A stretch of 64,000 nucleotides of DNA from Gonapodya sp. JEL0774 (lineage: Eukaryota). The stretch lies in the NCBI GenBank assembly GCA_027604505.1, contig JADIIX010000033.1:62001-126000 (forward strand). The letters run 5' to 3'. Of the stretch, positions 11,955 through 24,483 are shown piece after piece; the stretch's first letter is position 1, and each line of letters starts with the position of its first letter. The translations under genes were made by a program, and so were the position numbers. The notes below the pieces were generated by a model, which was not told the DNA's origin, made no database searches, and worked only from the letters and a program-made list of their open reading frames with translations.

Positions 11955-14010
11955 TTAAGCAAAAGTAACACCCGCGGCTTTGCGAGCTTGATCCACCACA
12001 TCCATGATGGCTAAAGTTTTCTCCTCGTCCCATCTTCTACCTGTAACTTGGATGCCCACCGGGGCATTGAAGAACGCTTCGGGTGAGTAAAATTCTTTGA
12101 TCGCGGCTTCGATCTCATTCCGTGGTTCGTAGGTGGGGTCCACGGTGTCACTTGGGCGAACAAGAGTTGCGGGTATGATGCCAGTCGGCAGATCAAGAAC
12201 GTTGAAGATTATCTGGTCGTGTGTGAATGTGAGTGATTAAACGTCCAATAAAAATGCTTCAGAACACTCTACTTAGTCACCGTGTAATTGTAGTATATGT
12301 TCTTGTTGTGTGGAGGAGCTGGATATGGTGCTTGTGGCGTGATGATGGCATCGACTTTGAAGAGGCAGAGTGAATCCCATGCACCGATGGTCACACCAGT
12401 TATTCGAGAACATCTCACATTCATGTTTGTTCCACTCGTCAAGCCATGTATCCCTCAACGCATCCTTCTTTTTGGCCAGTTGCCAAAACTGGTAGGTGCT
12501 CAGAGACTTTGATCCATCGATCATTCCCTTAATAACCGGCAAGAAAGGCTCTCCCCCTTGTTTCGGTAAATGATTGTGAGCGATGCCACTAAAGATAAAT
12601 ACAACAACCAAATTACTCACCCAGACTGACATCTCTCGAAATATCCTCGCCACCATCGGCAGTCCAGAGCCCAAACGCGACTTCTCCTGCCTCCTGAATC
12701 CTGAGTTTGCTCACATCAATCGCCACGACCTCGTGCCCCGCTTTCTCCAGAGCGTCCAACGTTTCCTTCATAGCACGCTCGACAGGCGCGACAGGCCTCA
12801 CGTGGCCGTTGTCTACGTAGTATCCGAACTTGAGCTTACTTGGCAGTGTCACTGCTCTCCACGGGATTGGGGGGCATGCGTGGTCGAGTAGCCACGGCTG
12901 GCTGTCGACAACGGCCTTCATGAAAATTGTGCAGGATTCGACCGAGTGTGTGAGTGGGCCCAGCACCGAGAGAATGGCTTCTTGCTGTGTCATAGCGTTT
13001 GTGAAGAGAATGGTGAGGATGCAAGGCAACGGTGGTCGGTACTTTCAGACTTACACCAGTCAGGGAATTCTTTGCTCCCTTGTAGGGGACACGGTTGTTT
13101 GATGGCTTGAATCCATAGAGCCCATTGAAAGAGCTCGGTATCCTGTGCAACAAACGTCATCTGAGCATCACGTAAAGCCATCTCTAGGCGTCATCGTGCA
13201 TAGCCACATCATCTCACCTTATCGAACCACCGATATCACTCCCCACGCCAATTGGCGATCCTCTGAGGGCAACTAGTGCACCCTCGCCACCTGAAGAGCC
13301 ACCACAGGTAAGGCTTGTGTTGTAGGGGTTGGTAGTGAGCCCGAAAACGGGATTGGTGGTCTCTCCAACCATCAGCGATTGGGGAATGTTCGTGCGAACG
13401 TAGGGTACTGCGCCTGCATTTTTGAGAATCTTGACAACGACGGAGTCTGCAAGGTGGAGGTGTATCGTGAGGGCAGTTCCACATGGCTCGAACCTGAAAG
13501 TGTAACTCACCTTCCTCGGCAATTTGGCCTGCCCAGCCCGCATATCCCATCGTCGTATCCACTCCTTGCACGCAGAGTTGGTCTTTGAGAGAGACTGGTA
13601 AGCCGTGCAGTGGGCCTACGGGCTTCCCAGTCTTGGCAAGGTGATCGTCCAACTCTTTCGCTCGCGCGTACGCCTTGTCGAGGAAGATCTCCGTCAGACA
13701 ATTAGTGAGCTGATCCGCAATGAGGGCGCGTTTTGCGAACGCTTGGACCACCGCGAGCGATGACCATTCGCCCGACGACAATTTTCGGAGGAGGTCTGGC
13801 ACGTCGGTGGACGTGATGAGCAGTTCTTGAGCAGACAGCAGGCCAGACTTTTCGGGAAAGTCAATGACAGCGAGTGCGCTGGAAGACTTGCTGGAAATGA
13901 TCAACTCGGGCGGGATGGCTGACTTTTTGGCAGCCAGCTTCGCCTGCAACCAAGTGAAAGCTGATGAAACCCAAAGGATTACGTTTGATGGTACGATCGA
14001 CAACTGACAT
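11955..14010 (-). CDS. Amidase-signature enzyme (acetamidase/FAAH-like)
   Basis: GPLHGLPVSLKD, GGSSGGEGA, GSDIGGSIRIP, APVGIQVTGRRWDEEK. Confidence 0.93.
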
Positions 14011-14230
14011 CGCGCACGCTTTCCCAATTCTTGTTTTCGGAAGTCGCCAACATTGAACTGTGCTAAGAGGAATGGCGAGGTGGAGAAACGCATTTCGGCC
14101 CCACTTCCGCCGACCCGATCGTGGCACAAGCCGCCTGCGGACTTCACCTCTGACGTTTACTCGAACTAACTAACGCTTCTGCTAAATGGGGAAATCCACC
14201 AAGAAGTTCAAAAATTGGCAGAGAGTGAAC

Positions 14231-15510
14231 ATGAATTCCTCATCATCCCGCACCCCTGAACGGAGTCCGGAGCGAGGCCGAAGTCGCAGGAGAGGGAGAC
14301 GTAAATTTTCAACTGAGAGGCGGCGGGGCTCGTCATCGTACTCGCGGCGAAGTTTCAGTAGGAGTCCTCCCAGGAAGAGATTCAAAGGCAGAAACCCTCG
14401 GTCTCCGTCTCCTCGCACTCTGTCTCTGTCTCTGTCTCCTCCCCTGCGTACTACTTCTCGACGTTCTCTGTCCCGCTCTCCTGGTTTCTCACGAAAAACC
14501 ACGCGTCGCGGTCGCTCTTCGCTTCAAAGGACGGTAATCTCGAACATCCAGCGTGACAGGGCGGTAGTCTTTTCTCTGGTCGAGTGCATGGAGCAGCTCA
14601 TGTTGCTATCCGCCCGTGTATCTGATCTCCCTCGAATCTACGCCACCCACTACAATCGAGAGCTGTCTTGGAAGCCTGCTAATCGTAACGCTACGTTTGT
14701 GGAATGGTTTCGGGACGTTGTGGATCGGGAATCACGAGCAAGGCGAAAGGACGGAGACGAAACACTCACGAATCGCACATTTATTTTTCTGGATGATGTT
14801 GGAGCCGACGGGTGGTGTCGCTTACGAACGGGGTCCAATTTCGTGCACAAGAAACTGGCAACTCACGCCCGCGCTCTCGCGCGATCGATGATAATTGTCA
14901 AGGAAACGAAAAATATAGAAGCTGGTTTGCTCGCGGACGTCCTCCGACTGACTGTTCCCGACGGGGAATACGTGTTTGATGAGATTTGCAGGTGGGCTGC
15001 CGTCCGTCCCTTCGATTTTTGCTCTGCGGTGGTGTTTGATGGAAATTTACTCTCATCTCAAACGACAGTGTTCTGTTTGCCCTTTTCGAAGTAGATATAA
15101 TTGCTCTATTCAGCTACGACCCTCAAGCAGCCGTCTCCGCTTGTGCCGCTGCCGCTCCGTTTTGGCTGTGGGGCGCCAATGGGACCGTTATGGTTCGCGG
15201 ACGGGCCACCTTGTCTCCGACTGTTGCTGTCTCATCTGTCGCATCTCTTTTCCCTGTGCTTAGCAATACCAAGCCGCTGTTGGTATCTTCGGCGACAACA
15301 CAGGCGAGGCCGTCACTGCCTTTGCAGGCTGCGAGCGACCCTCTCCAACCGTCCCATCAATACGAGCCAGCTGCTTCAGCCCCTGGACCGGTGGTAGCTG
15401 CTGCTTCTGTATCTCCTGAAGCCCTCTCCGGTGGTAGGAGACGGGACCCAACACACAGGGCAATAATCAGAGGATTTTGGCGAGTGTGGAAGGCCCCCCT
15501 GTTGGTGTGA
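14231..15510 (+). CDS. RS-rich uncharacterised protein, family member 1
   Basis: Long ORF with RS/SP-rich N-terminus, then a globular region sharing motifs with 22605-24205 and 24484-26416; a spliced last exon ends HRAIIRGFWRVWKAPLLV. Confidence 0.6.
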
Positions 15511-15757
15511 TTTAGGAGCGGCAAAAGACCAAGACAAGGAATTATTCTCGGACTTGTCAAAATTTTGTTGATTACCACATGATTTTGAAAATAGTATTTT
15601 TTCCAGAATAAGGTTCATCGTTCACAAATGGAGGGTGGCCACAGAGGCATCGCCGCACCTCAGGGTGGCGATTTCATTACGAGACGGTTTCGGTGGAACA
15701 CACTCAATGCGCAGATAGCAACCCAGACTGTAAAATCCACAGCTAAAGTACTTGATA

Positions 15758-17970
15758 ATGGCCACTCTTCCAATGCTCCGTCTTTGCCTCTTTCTTCTCT
15801 TCGCTGCACTCGCGTACGCACAAGACCCGGGGCTGTTGGGCAGAGTCTGCCCTCAAACCCATCCTGCAGTTGGATTCACAGGCTCATTTTCTGGCGCGGG
15901 TGCTTCGGGCCATGTTGTGCTTGGTTCCGTCACGGTTATCGATGAGTAAGGTCGCAATGGTGTGTTTCTCGTAGAAGAGCCTTGATGTACCTAATTTTCA
16001 ACACCTACCTGCCCTTTGCTGCACTTCCCGTCATCGTGGATGTTCCAGCTGGTGGGTATAAGTCGTAATCTTTGCAATCCTCTTTTGGGAATACTTGAGC
16101 TAAGGATGTCGAAACCACGAAAATTTCAGCACCTTTCAGGTGTCCAACTTCCGCCTGACGCCAGCAGGCCCTGCAGTCGTCTTCTGGGCTGCGGCCGGTG
16201 AGTCTCGAGCGCAACTGGTGGCAGGTAGAGAAATCAACCCTACCAAAATCATTGGAGAGTACAATGGGGCCAACTGGATGGTGCAGATGGTCAGTGGTAT
16301 CACTTGGGATACGATCAAAGTCCTCTCTGTATGGTGCGAAGAGTTTCAGGCGGATTTCGTGAGTTTCTTTTGCGCCTGAGCAATCCGAAGCTCCGCGTGT
16401 GCTCTGTGTCCACATCTTTTGCCCTCATTTCCTAGGACCATATCGTCATAGGAATCGGAACAGGATCTCCTTCCCCTTCTACGATCCCTTCTGCAACGGG
16501 TGCTGCATCGCCCACCGCCAGCCCAACCTCACTCTCCATCCCCATGCCTTCTCCACCTCCGCCGCCCGGTGGCACATACCCCCCTGGAGCCCCCCTTCCC
16601 TCCGACATGTACGACGGATGCGCTACTCTCCAGGCAGGGTCTTATAACCTGCACTGGAAGGTTTCTCCCGACACCAACACCATCAACCTCGGACTCGAAA
16701 TCCAACCGTCGTCGAATCTCGTGTCCCCACTCGCGTTCTGGGCGGGGTTCGGTGTACCCGATCCGATCAATAACAACTCGGTGGTTATGATTGGCTCGGA
16801 TGTTTCACTCGTCGGTGTGGACAGGAACGGCAACGACTTTGGGCTGGGATACTACCTCGCAGCCCAATCGCAGTGCGATGTGAGTCACTTTCAAGGTCGC
16901 GATTGTGGAGAAAAGTCTGACGTTTTTAACTGTAAACTTGACCTCTCCGCTAAGTACCAAGGCACGAAAACAGCTGGTGTATGTCCCAATTCGGCAGGGA
17001 ACCTCGTCGGGACGCTCGGAGCTGTGGCACAACCAGGGGGTTACCGATTCTTCCACATTTCACGCCCACTGCAACCACCACCGAATTCAACGTTCCACGA
17101 AATATTGCATGATGAGCTACGGGCCTATGGTGAGCTGTAGTACGAGTCGCACGCAGGGATCACGCAGAGTTGTTCACCTATCGTCTCACCTTGTATCCAA
17201 GTCTGGGCATACGGACCGCTCTCTGAAGACACCACACAACCCATCGTTCTGTATCACGGTCCCAAGAACCATGCCCCGTCCGATCTCAAGATCCAGTTTA
17301 CTCCACCTACAAAAACGTGCACCCCACTCACCGTTGGACAGAATACGACGATGAAGCCAAATTTGGTCCCGCCAAAGACGATAAGCAACGTGCAAACTTT
17401 CAACGTGACGATCGGCCAGAATGCGAATTATCCGAATCCACCGGCGTGGTGAGTAGGCGTTTCAAGAGTTTGGCGGCACTTTGTTGTCGACACAATCATC
17501 ATTGGCACAGGGGCATATCGTACCACATCAACGGTCTGGAATCTCCCGTCTTGAATCTCACGCGTGGCACAACGTACTCGTTTTCCATCATGGCGTCGGA
17601 TCAGCATCCGTTCATAATCACGAATTCGATCTTGGGCGGGTTCGGGTTGTCAGGCGTTGCGAACCTCTCCAAGAACGACATTGTATACGCTGGCGGAGAC
17701 AAGTCTTTTGGAACTGCAGCGTCACCGTACACACTCACGTTCACTCCAAACGCGACGACACCCAGTGCGATTTTCTATCAGTGTTGGACGCATCAGAAGC
17801 TGGGGTGGAGAATTTACGTGAGCGATCCTACTCCTTCCCCTTCAACCAATTCCACGGCCGCTCCTGCAACATCGGCAACGCCCAAGGCAGGTTCTGCCTC
17901 CATGGGTAGAAACATGGGCTTCGATACTGCGAGTGTGGTATTAATATTGATAACTGCCTTCATAATGTAA
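15758..17970 (+). CDS. Secreted, probably GPI-anchored DM13 + DOMON + cupredoxin-like protein (Knickkopf/Skeletor-like)
   Basis: Signal peptide; DM13 (VLSVWCEEFQADF); DOMON (YNLHWKV, WAGFG, MIGSDV); INGLESPVLNLTRGTTY...HPF...FYQCWTHQKLGW; S/T/P linker and hydrophobic C-tail. Confidence 0.8.
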
Positions 17971-18439
17971 AACTAGATGGGCTAATAATGAAACTAATTT
18001 GGAGACTCTAAGGATCGCACTCCATTCAACCTGACTCGAGCGTCTGTAATGATGTGGACACCTTGTGGACAAAAGGTCCGAGTGGCCTCAAGCATCCCCA
18101 CAAAGCTCCCCTTTCCCCATTCACGAGTGCAACTCAGTGTGCTGATCAATTATGGAGAGCTCACGCCGCAAAACACGGCTCTGCAACAAGTATGCATCAT
18201 CCGGATTCTGCCCTCGTGGATCTCACTGCGATTTTGCCTATGGGGAGGGCGAGCTCCTTTGTCGATTCGGCGATACGTGTCGAAAGAAAGACTCCAGAGG
18301 GTGTAGATTCGCTCAATTGTAGAAGGACCGGAACCACCAAATGTATGTTCTGTAGAGAGTACAATGCATCTATATATCTACTGAGATCTAATCTAGCGGA
18401 ATGCCGCATGGCATTGCCGATACAGCCAATCGGAATTCA

Positions 18440-18855
18440 GATAATGGATCTGTTTCGGGGCACATCGGGACCTGGGTCTGTTGTCGCGCCAGGGTTGCTT
18501 GTAGGACTTTCCTGCGCATGTATGTACTTATTCCACAACATCATCTGCGGCCAGCTGCAGCAAATCAATTGGAATCCACAATCAGGTATCGCTGCCCTAA
18601 CGGTCACATCATCTACGCTATCGGCAGTCGCGGTGGTGCAACGGAAGAGTCAAGGTGAGAGGTTCATGCATTTGCTTCTCCCGAATTATTGATGGACGAT
18701 CAACTTTGATGTATCGAAGGTGCCCCGAATGCAAAGCCCGCATCGGAGGAAGTGGACACCAAGTGGCGGCCGGAAACACTCATGCACTGGATATTGATCA
18801 AGCAGATGAAATTGCATGGGGTGCAAGGTTGGGTCAACCACCGCGCGCCCGGTGA
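18440..18855 (+). pseudogene. Degenerate ZNFX1/RNF213-type RZ zinc-finger fragment
   Basis: Spliced reading GTWYRCPNGHIIYAIGSRGGATEESRCPECKARIGGSGHQVAAGNTHA; the conserved CGG Cys reads RGG; no helicase domain upstream. Confidence 0.6.
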
Positions 18856-18978
18856 TGAGTGTCTTCTCCCCGTTTGTAGTGAAACAAACCCTTCGTCAGC
18901 AAGTTTTGCGATAAAATTGATTAGCATTTACGATTAAATACAAAGGAATATTGTCAAGTAGCATGCATTGGCACGACA

Positions 18979-20320
18979 CTACCTAACATAATCTCTCCAT
19001 CCTCCCCTTCGCTCTGACCAACCAACATCGCGTCCGTTTCGATCCCACCCCCTGTGCCGCTCACCTCTCCCGACTCCAAAATCGTAGGGTGAATATCGTC
19101 TGGCATCGAACACACCGTGCCGTTCGCCATCACCCGCACCTCTTTCCGGAGGACCAGTGTGTGGTCGTCGGGGTCGATGGTCGTCATACCACCCGTCCGA
19201 GTGCCCGAAACGCTCGTGGTGATTGAGCTCCCACCCGCGATTCCCCCTGTGATCGTCTCGAAAGTCGCGTTGATCTTCACGCCTGTAGTTCCAGTCGTGG
19301 TTCAAATGTCCATAGGATGGCCCACTCTCCCATTACTCATCACCTACCATACACGACCCCTGCCAAAGTCCTCCCTTCTAGAGTTTTCATTCTCATACCC
19401 TCCCCCCCTTCTCTCATAACCCTCCCCATTTTTGAAGTCATCCCTCCCACGGTCGGTCGAATAACCTCGTCCTCTCCCAAAGTGCCCGGGACTCCTTCCA
19501 GCCCTGTCGCCACCTTCCAAACGGTCTCTCCTAACAAATTGGGGCCTCTCTGCATCCAATATCTCCTCTATGGTCCATGGTCCCTCCTCCCAGCGTTCAA
19601 CCATTCCTCGAATAGCCTGGAAAGGGACTCCGTGAGAGTTTCGCTTCGCCATTTCCTCTACATCCCTAGCTTTCCACCAGGGCGTGTCTGGTTCGCAAAA
19701 CTCCACACGGTAAGTGGCGTCGGATGTCGTTGCTGCCTCCACATAAGGGCGTGCCTCCCAGCGTTGTGTGTTGGTGTTGTCGATCACGATAGGAGTCAAC
19801 CCCCGAGTGATTGCCAGTCGGCACCGCTCCTGATTCCAAGCATGTGCTTGCCCAAGAAGATTAGAATCAAAAGCGTAAGACACATCCGGATTGCTGGTCA
19901 AAGCAATTGGTGGGGTGGGAAGAAGGAGGACCGGAGTCAGAGTTGAGGGGACAAGAAAATAGTCGTCTGTAGACAATGCAATGCCACCGGGAGTGACAAG
20001 AGACTGGGCAAGAGTGGATTTGCCGGATCCCGGGGCACCCCGAACGATCACGAGTCTCTACGCCGGCAAAGAGTGAGGAAGACACAGTGTATCTTGCAGC
20101 TGATCGACGTTGGGCCAAGCACCAAGAGCATGCGCACCTTTTGTGTTCCGTCTGGTGGTGCAGGCACATTCATCACGCTTTCCATTCCCGGAAGAGGACG
20201 TTCCACTGATTTCAGGTCCCCATTCATCTTTGTCGAGGGGCCTGGAGCAACAGTATCTGACTCCAAATCACTCTGATCTTGGCACTTTTGCTTCGTAGTC
20301 AGAGAATCCTGCTCGGACAT
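18979..20320 (-). CDS. N4BP2-like P-loop (AAA_33/polynucleotide-kinase-like) protein with an RG/RD-rich tail
   Basis: RGAPGSGKST, STDDYF, IVIDNTNTQRWEARPY, EPDTPWW, RNSHGVP. Confidence 0.85.
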
Positions 20321-20728
20321 GGAGAAGAATGGTTTTGTGTGGATGATTCTTTTCACTTGCCCCCACTTTGCCCTTCCTGTCTTCCCTGCGCCCGCCGGAA
20401 CCAAACACGAACACGAACGAGCTGAGTTAACTTGATTGTTACTCTCGATAATAGTTGCTGACATAGCGTACAGATGCTCATTTAACTGTGTCGCTGGGAA
20501 TGTTCCCACGACGAAAATGAATGACTTAGTTGTTTTGCTGCCCCACCAATAAGTAATTAAATTATAAGTCGGTCGCTCTGAAGTTCAACCGCATGAAAGT
20601 TTGCCAATCGAAATTCAGGGACAGGTCCCTTCCCAAGGGCCGCCCACTGTAAAACGAGTGCCAGTGCGGGCGTCTCATTCCAACAGGTTCAACACCTTCC
20701 GATCCAATTCACCCCTACGAATTCACTA

Positions 20729-22461
20729 ATGTCTGCCTCCCAAATCATTTTCGCGAAGCAACCGGTTCTTGAAACTGGCTCCAAGGCGAGATGACGCGGC
20801 TTTTCTCTCCTTTCGAACCAAGTCACTGCTCTTGCCCTAACGCTCACACTCTATCGACCACGACAGGTTTATCAATGGGTCGGATTTGGAGTGTTTACTC
20901 TCAGCGCGGCAGCTGTTCTGATTGTCTCCCGCGGGAAAACTGCCTCTGAACGAAAAGTGAGTTCACCATCATGAAGGCAGCGGCACGGACAAGCTTGCAG
21001 ATACGTCGACCATCGCGGCTAGAGTACATTTCCTAGCATTTTCTAAAACGGAATCCTCCGTGTGGACTTACTCACTCGCCTTCCCTCTGCGCGTTTCCCC
21101 CATTTTCCAACCACGCTGTCGCTGGCTCGTTTCTGACGCGGTTTCCCGCGCCGCGACAGTTCCACCACATGCTCGGTATCGTCATGGTCTTTGTCTCTAT
21201 CTCCTACTATGCTCAGGCAATCGACATGGGGGTCACGAACATTGATGGATGGCCGGTGGGTCGGTTTGACACTTTTCCCGTTTTGGGATAATTCTTATAT
21301 AATTTCGCGATTCACCCACGCGGATTCCCACTCAACAATATTTTCCTTTATTCCCTCGTCTTCTATCCTTTCGGTGGATTTCCAATTTGATTTCTCAAAT
21401 TGGAACGCGACCACCGATGCTGCCTGTTGAACCCTGATCGGGAACAACATCATCATGCCTGCAAAGGTTTCTGTGCCTCGCTACATCGACGTAAGTTTTC
21501 TCTCCTAACGTTAATTCCACTAGAAAGCTCTCATTCTCTCTCGTGCGTGTCTCCATCTTCTCTCAGTGGATTCTCTCGACACCGATTATTTTAGGCAGCA
21601 TCTTGTCTCTCGCTGGAGCTGACTTTCAACGAATTCTGTTCTTGGGGGCTATGGTGAGATAACTTTAAATCTTTGCATGACCATCCTCGCGGAATGTCCC
21701 ATGGTGATCTGAATTATTCATTTCCCCGTTCTTGCTTTCAATCTTTTAGGATTCCGCAATGATGGCGTGTACTTTACGTGAGTGTTCTTGATGCCAGCCT
21801 ATTAGCAGCGAGTCGCTCTGACATTTTCACAATGATCAACAGTTGGTGCACTCACCACGGAGAACCACAAATGGGGAGTGAGTAATGACTCACCCTCGCT
21901 CAGAAAGGAAGGCAGAATGGCTAACTTTGTTTCGGCGCCAGTTCTTCGCCATCGGCAGTGTGATCTGTGAGTCGTAGAACTCCCAGTTTTGCAATGCCGT
22001 ACCCCCCTCACTCAACGTTCTTGTTTTCCAAACAGTCATGGGAATCATCTATGATCTCTTTGCCACCCACCGCCCCGCCGCGCTTTCCATTTCGGCACAT
22101 CACGGCAAAGTATTCGACCATCTGAACTTCACACTCGTTGCTCTGTGGGCCTGCTACCCAGTGGTTAGTAGTCACGTTGGGTATCCCATGAACGGCGTCA
22201 CGTTGTGTTCATCCCACATTTCTTACGCTTCACCACTAGGGCTATATCGTCGGCACAACTCTTCGCATGATCTCTATCGATATGGAGATTATTGGCTTCC
22301 TCGTCCTGGACATTCTTACCAAGGCCGCTTGGGGAGGATACCTGCTTTCTCGCACAGGGGAGCTTGAAGGACGCATGGGCAAGGTGCCAGCCAAGCTGGC
22401 AGAGTATCAAAGGATTCGCGGGGACTCTGAGGAGACTCTTGAGGACACAATCGGGGCTTAG
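20729..22461 (+). CDS. Type-1 (microbial) rhodopsin, stand-alone, about 263 aa, 10 exons
   Basis: Exons 20729-20785, 20867-20956, 21160-21255, 21467-21490, 21567-21653, 21750-21777, 21843-21877, 21942-21966, 22036-22163, 22240-22461 join in frame; RYIDWILSTP (helix C), WACYPV (helix F), LDILTK (helix G retinal Lys). Confidence 0.9.
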
Positions 22462-22604
22462 GTGCACGCGGTACATTGAACAGGCCCAGAATCACGTCGC
22501 CATGGCAGCTGGTCTCTACATAGTCGAATGGTCTCTGCATAATCATTCCTAGCGACTCAAATTATCATACTTGTAGGAGCAGAGTGGGGGGATCACTAAT
22601 ACAA

Positions 22605-24205
22605 TCAATACCAATGGAACGGTTCACACGTGATTTGCCAATATAATCGAAGTGTCGCCCTATGATTATCTTTCCTAACAACAATATCTTGTTGCTCATT
22701 TTCAGTGTGACAGTTGATGAAATTCGCTTTCTGGTGCATTGCTGCAATTCTATCTTCAGAGGATTTAAAGACCACAACTGGAGACATGTCAGCTACAGGG
22801 AATTAAAGTGAATAAGTGGATCAGATATCAGCCACCATTGCAAATTTCAAAGTAGTGGCAATTACCATCAATTCGAGGGTCCACAGTTTCCAAATATGCT
22901 TTCCTCAAAATACGAGTACACCTGACTTAAGTCTATATCGATTACAGATGCCAATATGCTAAAGAGAGACGAATGCTTCAAAGCAACAACAGGTTCTTGC
23001 TGCTTAAGTTGCGAACGTACTCATCAATTGATTCCAATGTACCAGGATACAATAGAGCTCGACAGCACCGACTCATCAACTCTTTTATTGGAACGGCGTC
23101 TCTTACAGCTTGCACATCGTCGATCATGCTCCCAATCGCTTGGGCGAAGGACTTTCGAGTTGGATTCATCGTGATCATATTGCAACCTGTCTTTATTCGA
23201 ATTAAAGCACCTTCCCCAATAACAGCAAAAGCGGCATCTGGAGTGCTGGGACTTCGCTCACACGCAACTTTGTCCACTAGAACCAGGAAAAGAAATCACC
23301 ATCTTCCGCATTCCAATTTACTTTTAAGTGAGGTGGGCACATAAGTGGTAAATCTTGAGAGCGAACGCAGATTATTTGCTCCGAGACAAACGTATCCACC
23401 AGCCCTTCCACAACTTGCTGCCTCTCATGGCCAATCGCCCGAATGGACGGTGAGAGAGACGATGCACTTCTTGAGAGGCAGCTGTCATCCTGAACATCAA
23501 TCCTAGTGTCAATCGTAGTGCGCGGTGTGTTTATTGAAGGTTGCACAGCAGACGGCTGTACTCTTCCTACTGGCAGGGAGGCAGAGGGTGCTCTGAAGCT
23601 GGAATATCCAGAAGGATTCCGATTTCCACTCCGATTGCGATGTCTGCTTCGTCGTCCTTTTTCTGTGGCCCGCTCCTGCTGTCGCAGTCCGCTCTCCACG
23701 ACACGACGAGTGCTCCGAAAATCTTCCCACCGTGGAGCACCAACACGAACTGCGTGCTAGGTGAAGGCTCTTCCACCCTGATATTCCAGAAGGTCAGGCC
23801 GCCACTCTGAAATTGCTCCAAGTCCTCGTTTCATATCCCCATCATCAACATTCATGTCCGGGAATACAGCTCGGAATGCCTGCAGTAACTGCGACACGGA
23901 GTACATTCCGGGCGGAAACAGACTGTACAGTATCCATTTGAAGGCTTCCGCGTCTTCTTTGGGACTTCTGCCTCGCCTGAGGTCACGAATTCTATCCTCC
24001 GAAGCAACGAAGAGCGCCCGTGAATGAACCGAGTCGAACGTGGACAAGAGACGCACACCGGAGTGTTGTTGATTGCTCCGTCTATAAAACTGTCGATTGT
24101 AGGAACCTTTCGACGGAAGCTCTTTGCCAGGTGAAAGACCCCAGGTGTCCTTCCCGTAAGTGCAATCGAGAGTTCATCAGAGATTCTTCTTTCATCGATT
24201 TCCAT
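22605..24205 (-). pseudogene. Disrupted paralog of the RS-rich family (member 2)
   Basis: Homologous blocks (LFPPGMYSVSQ, VEGLVDTFVSEQIICVR, RALLYPG, HRATLRLYWQITCEPF) interrupted by an in-frame TAG near 23757 and a frameshift near 23277. Confidence 0.6.
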
Positions 24206-24483
24206 CTTCCAATGATAACTTTCCCGTTGCGTGTCAACTCAGAAACGACACCAACCCTTCAATTTTCATATAGAAAAAAATAATAACGGTAATATGCATA
24301 CAGAGAAGAGAACAGGGCAGATGAAAAACCTGTTGTCAGAGACTTGACATTGAAGAAAGACTCATGCTAACAGTATGATACGGATATGTACACACACATT
24401 TTTTATTAATTTCCAGACCATCTTCCTGTGGTTCTGTCCGTAGCAATGTTAGCCCAGAGACCAGACTTCCAGGTGACATGCAC

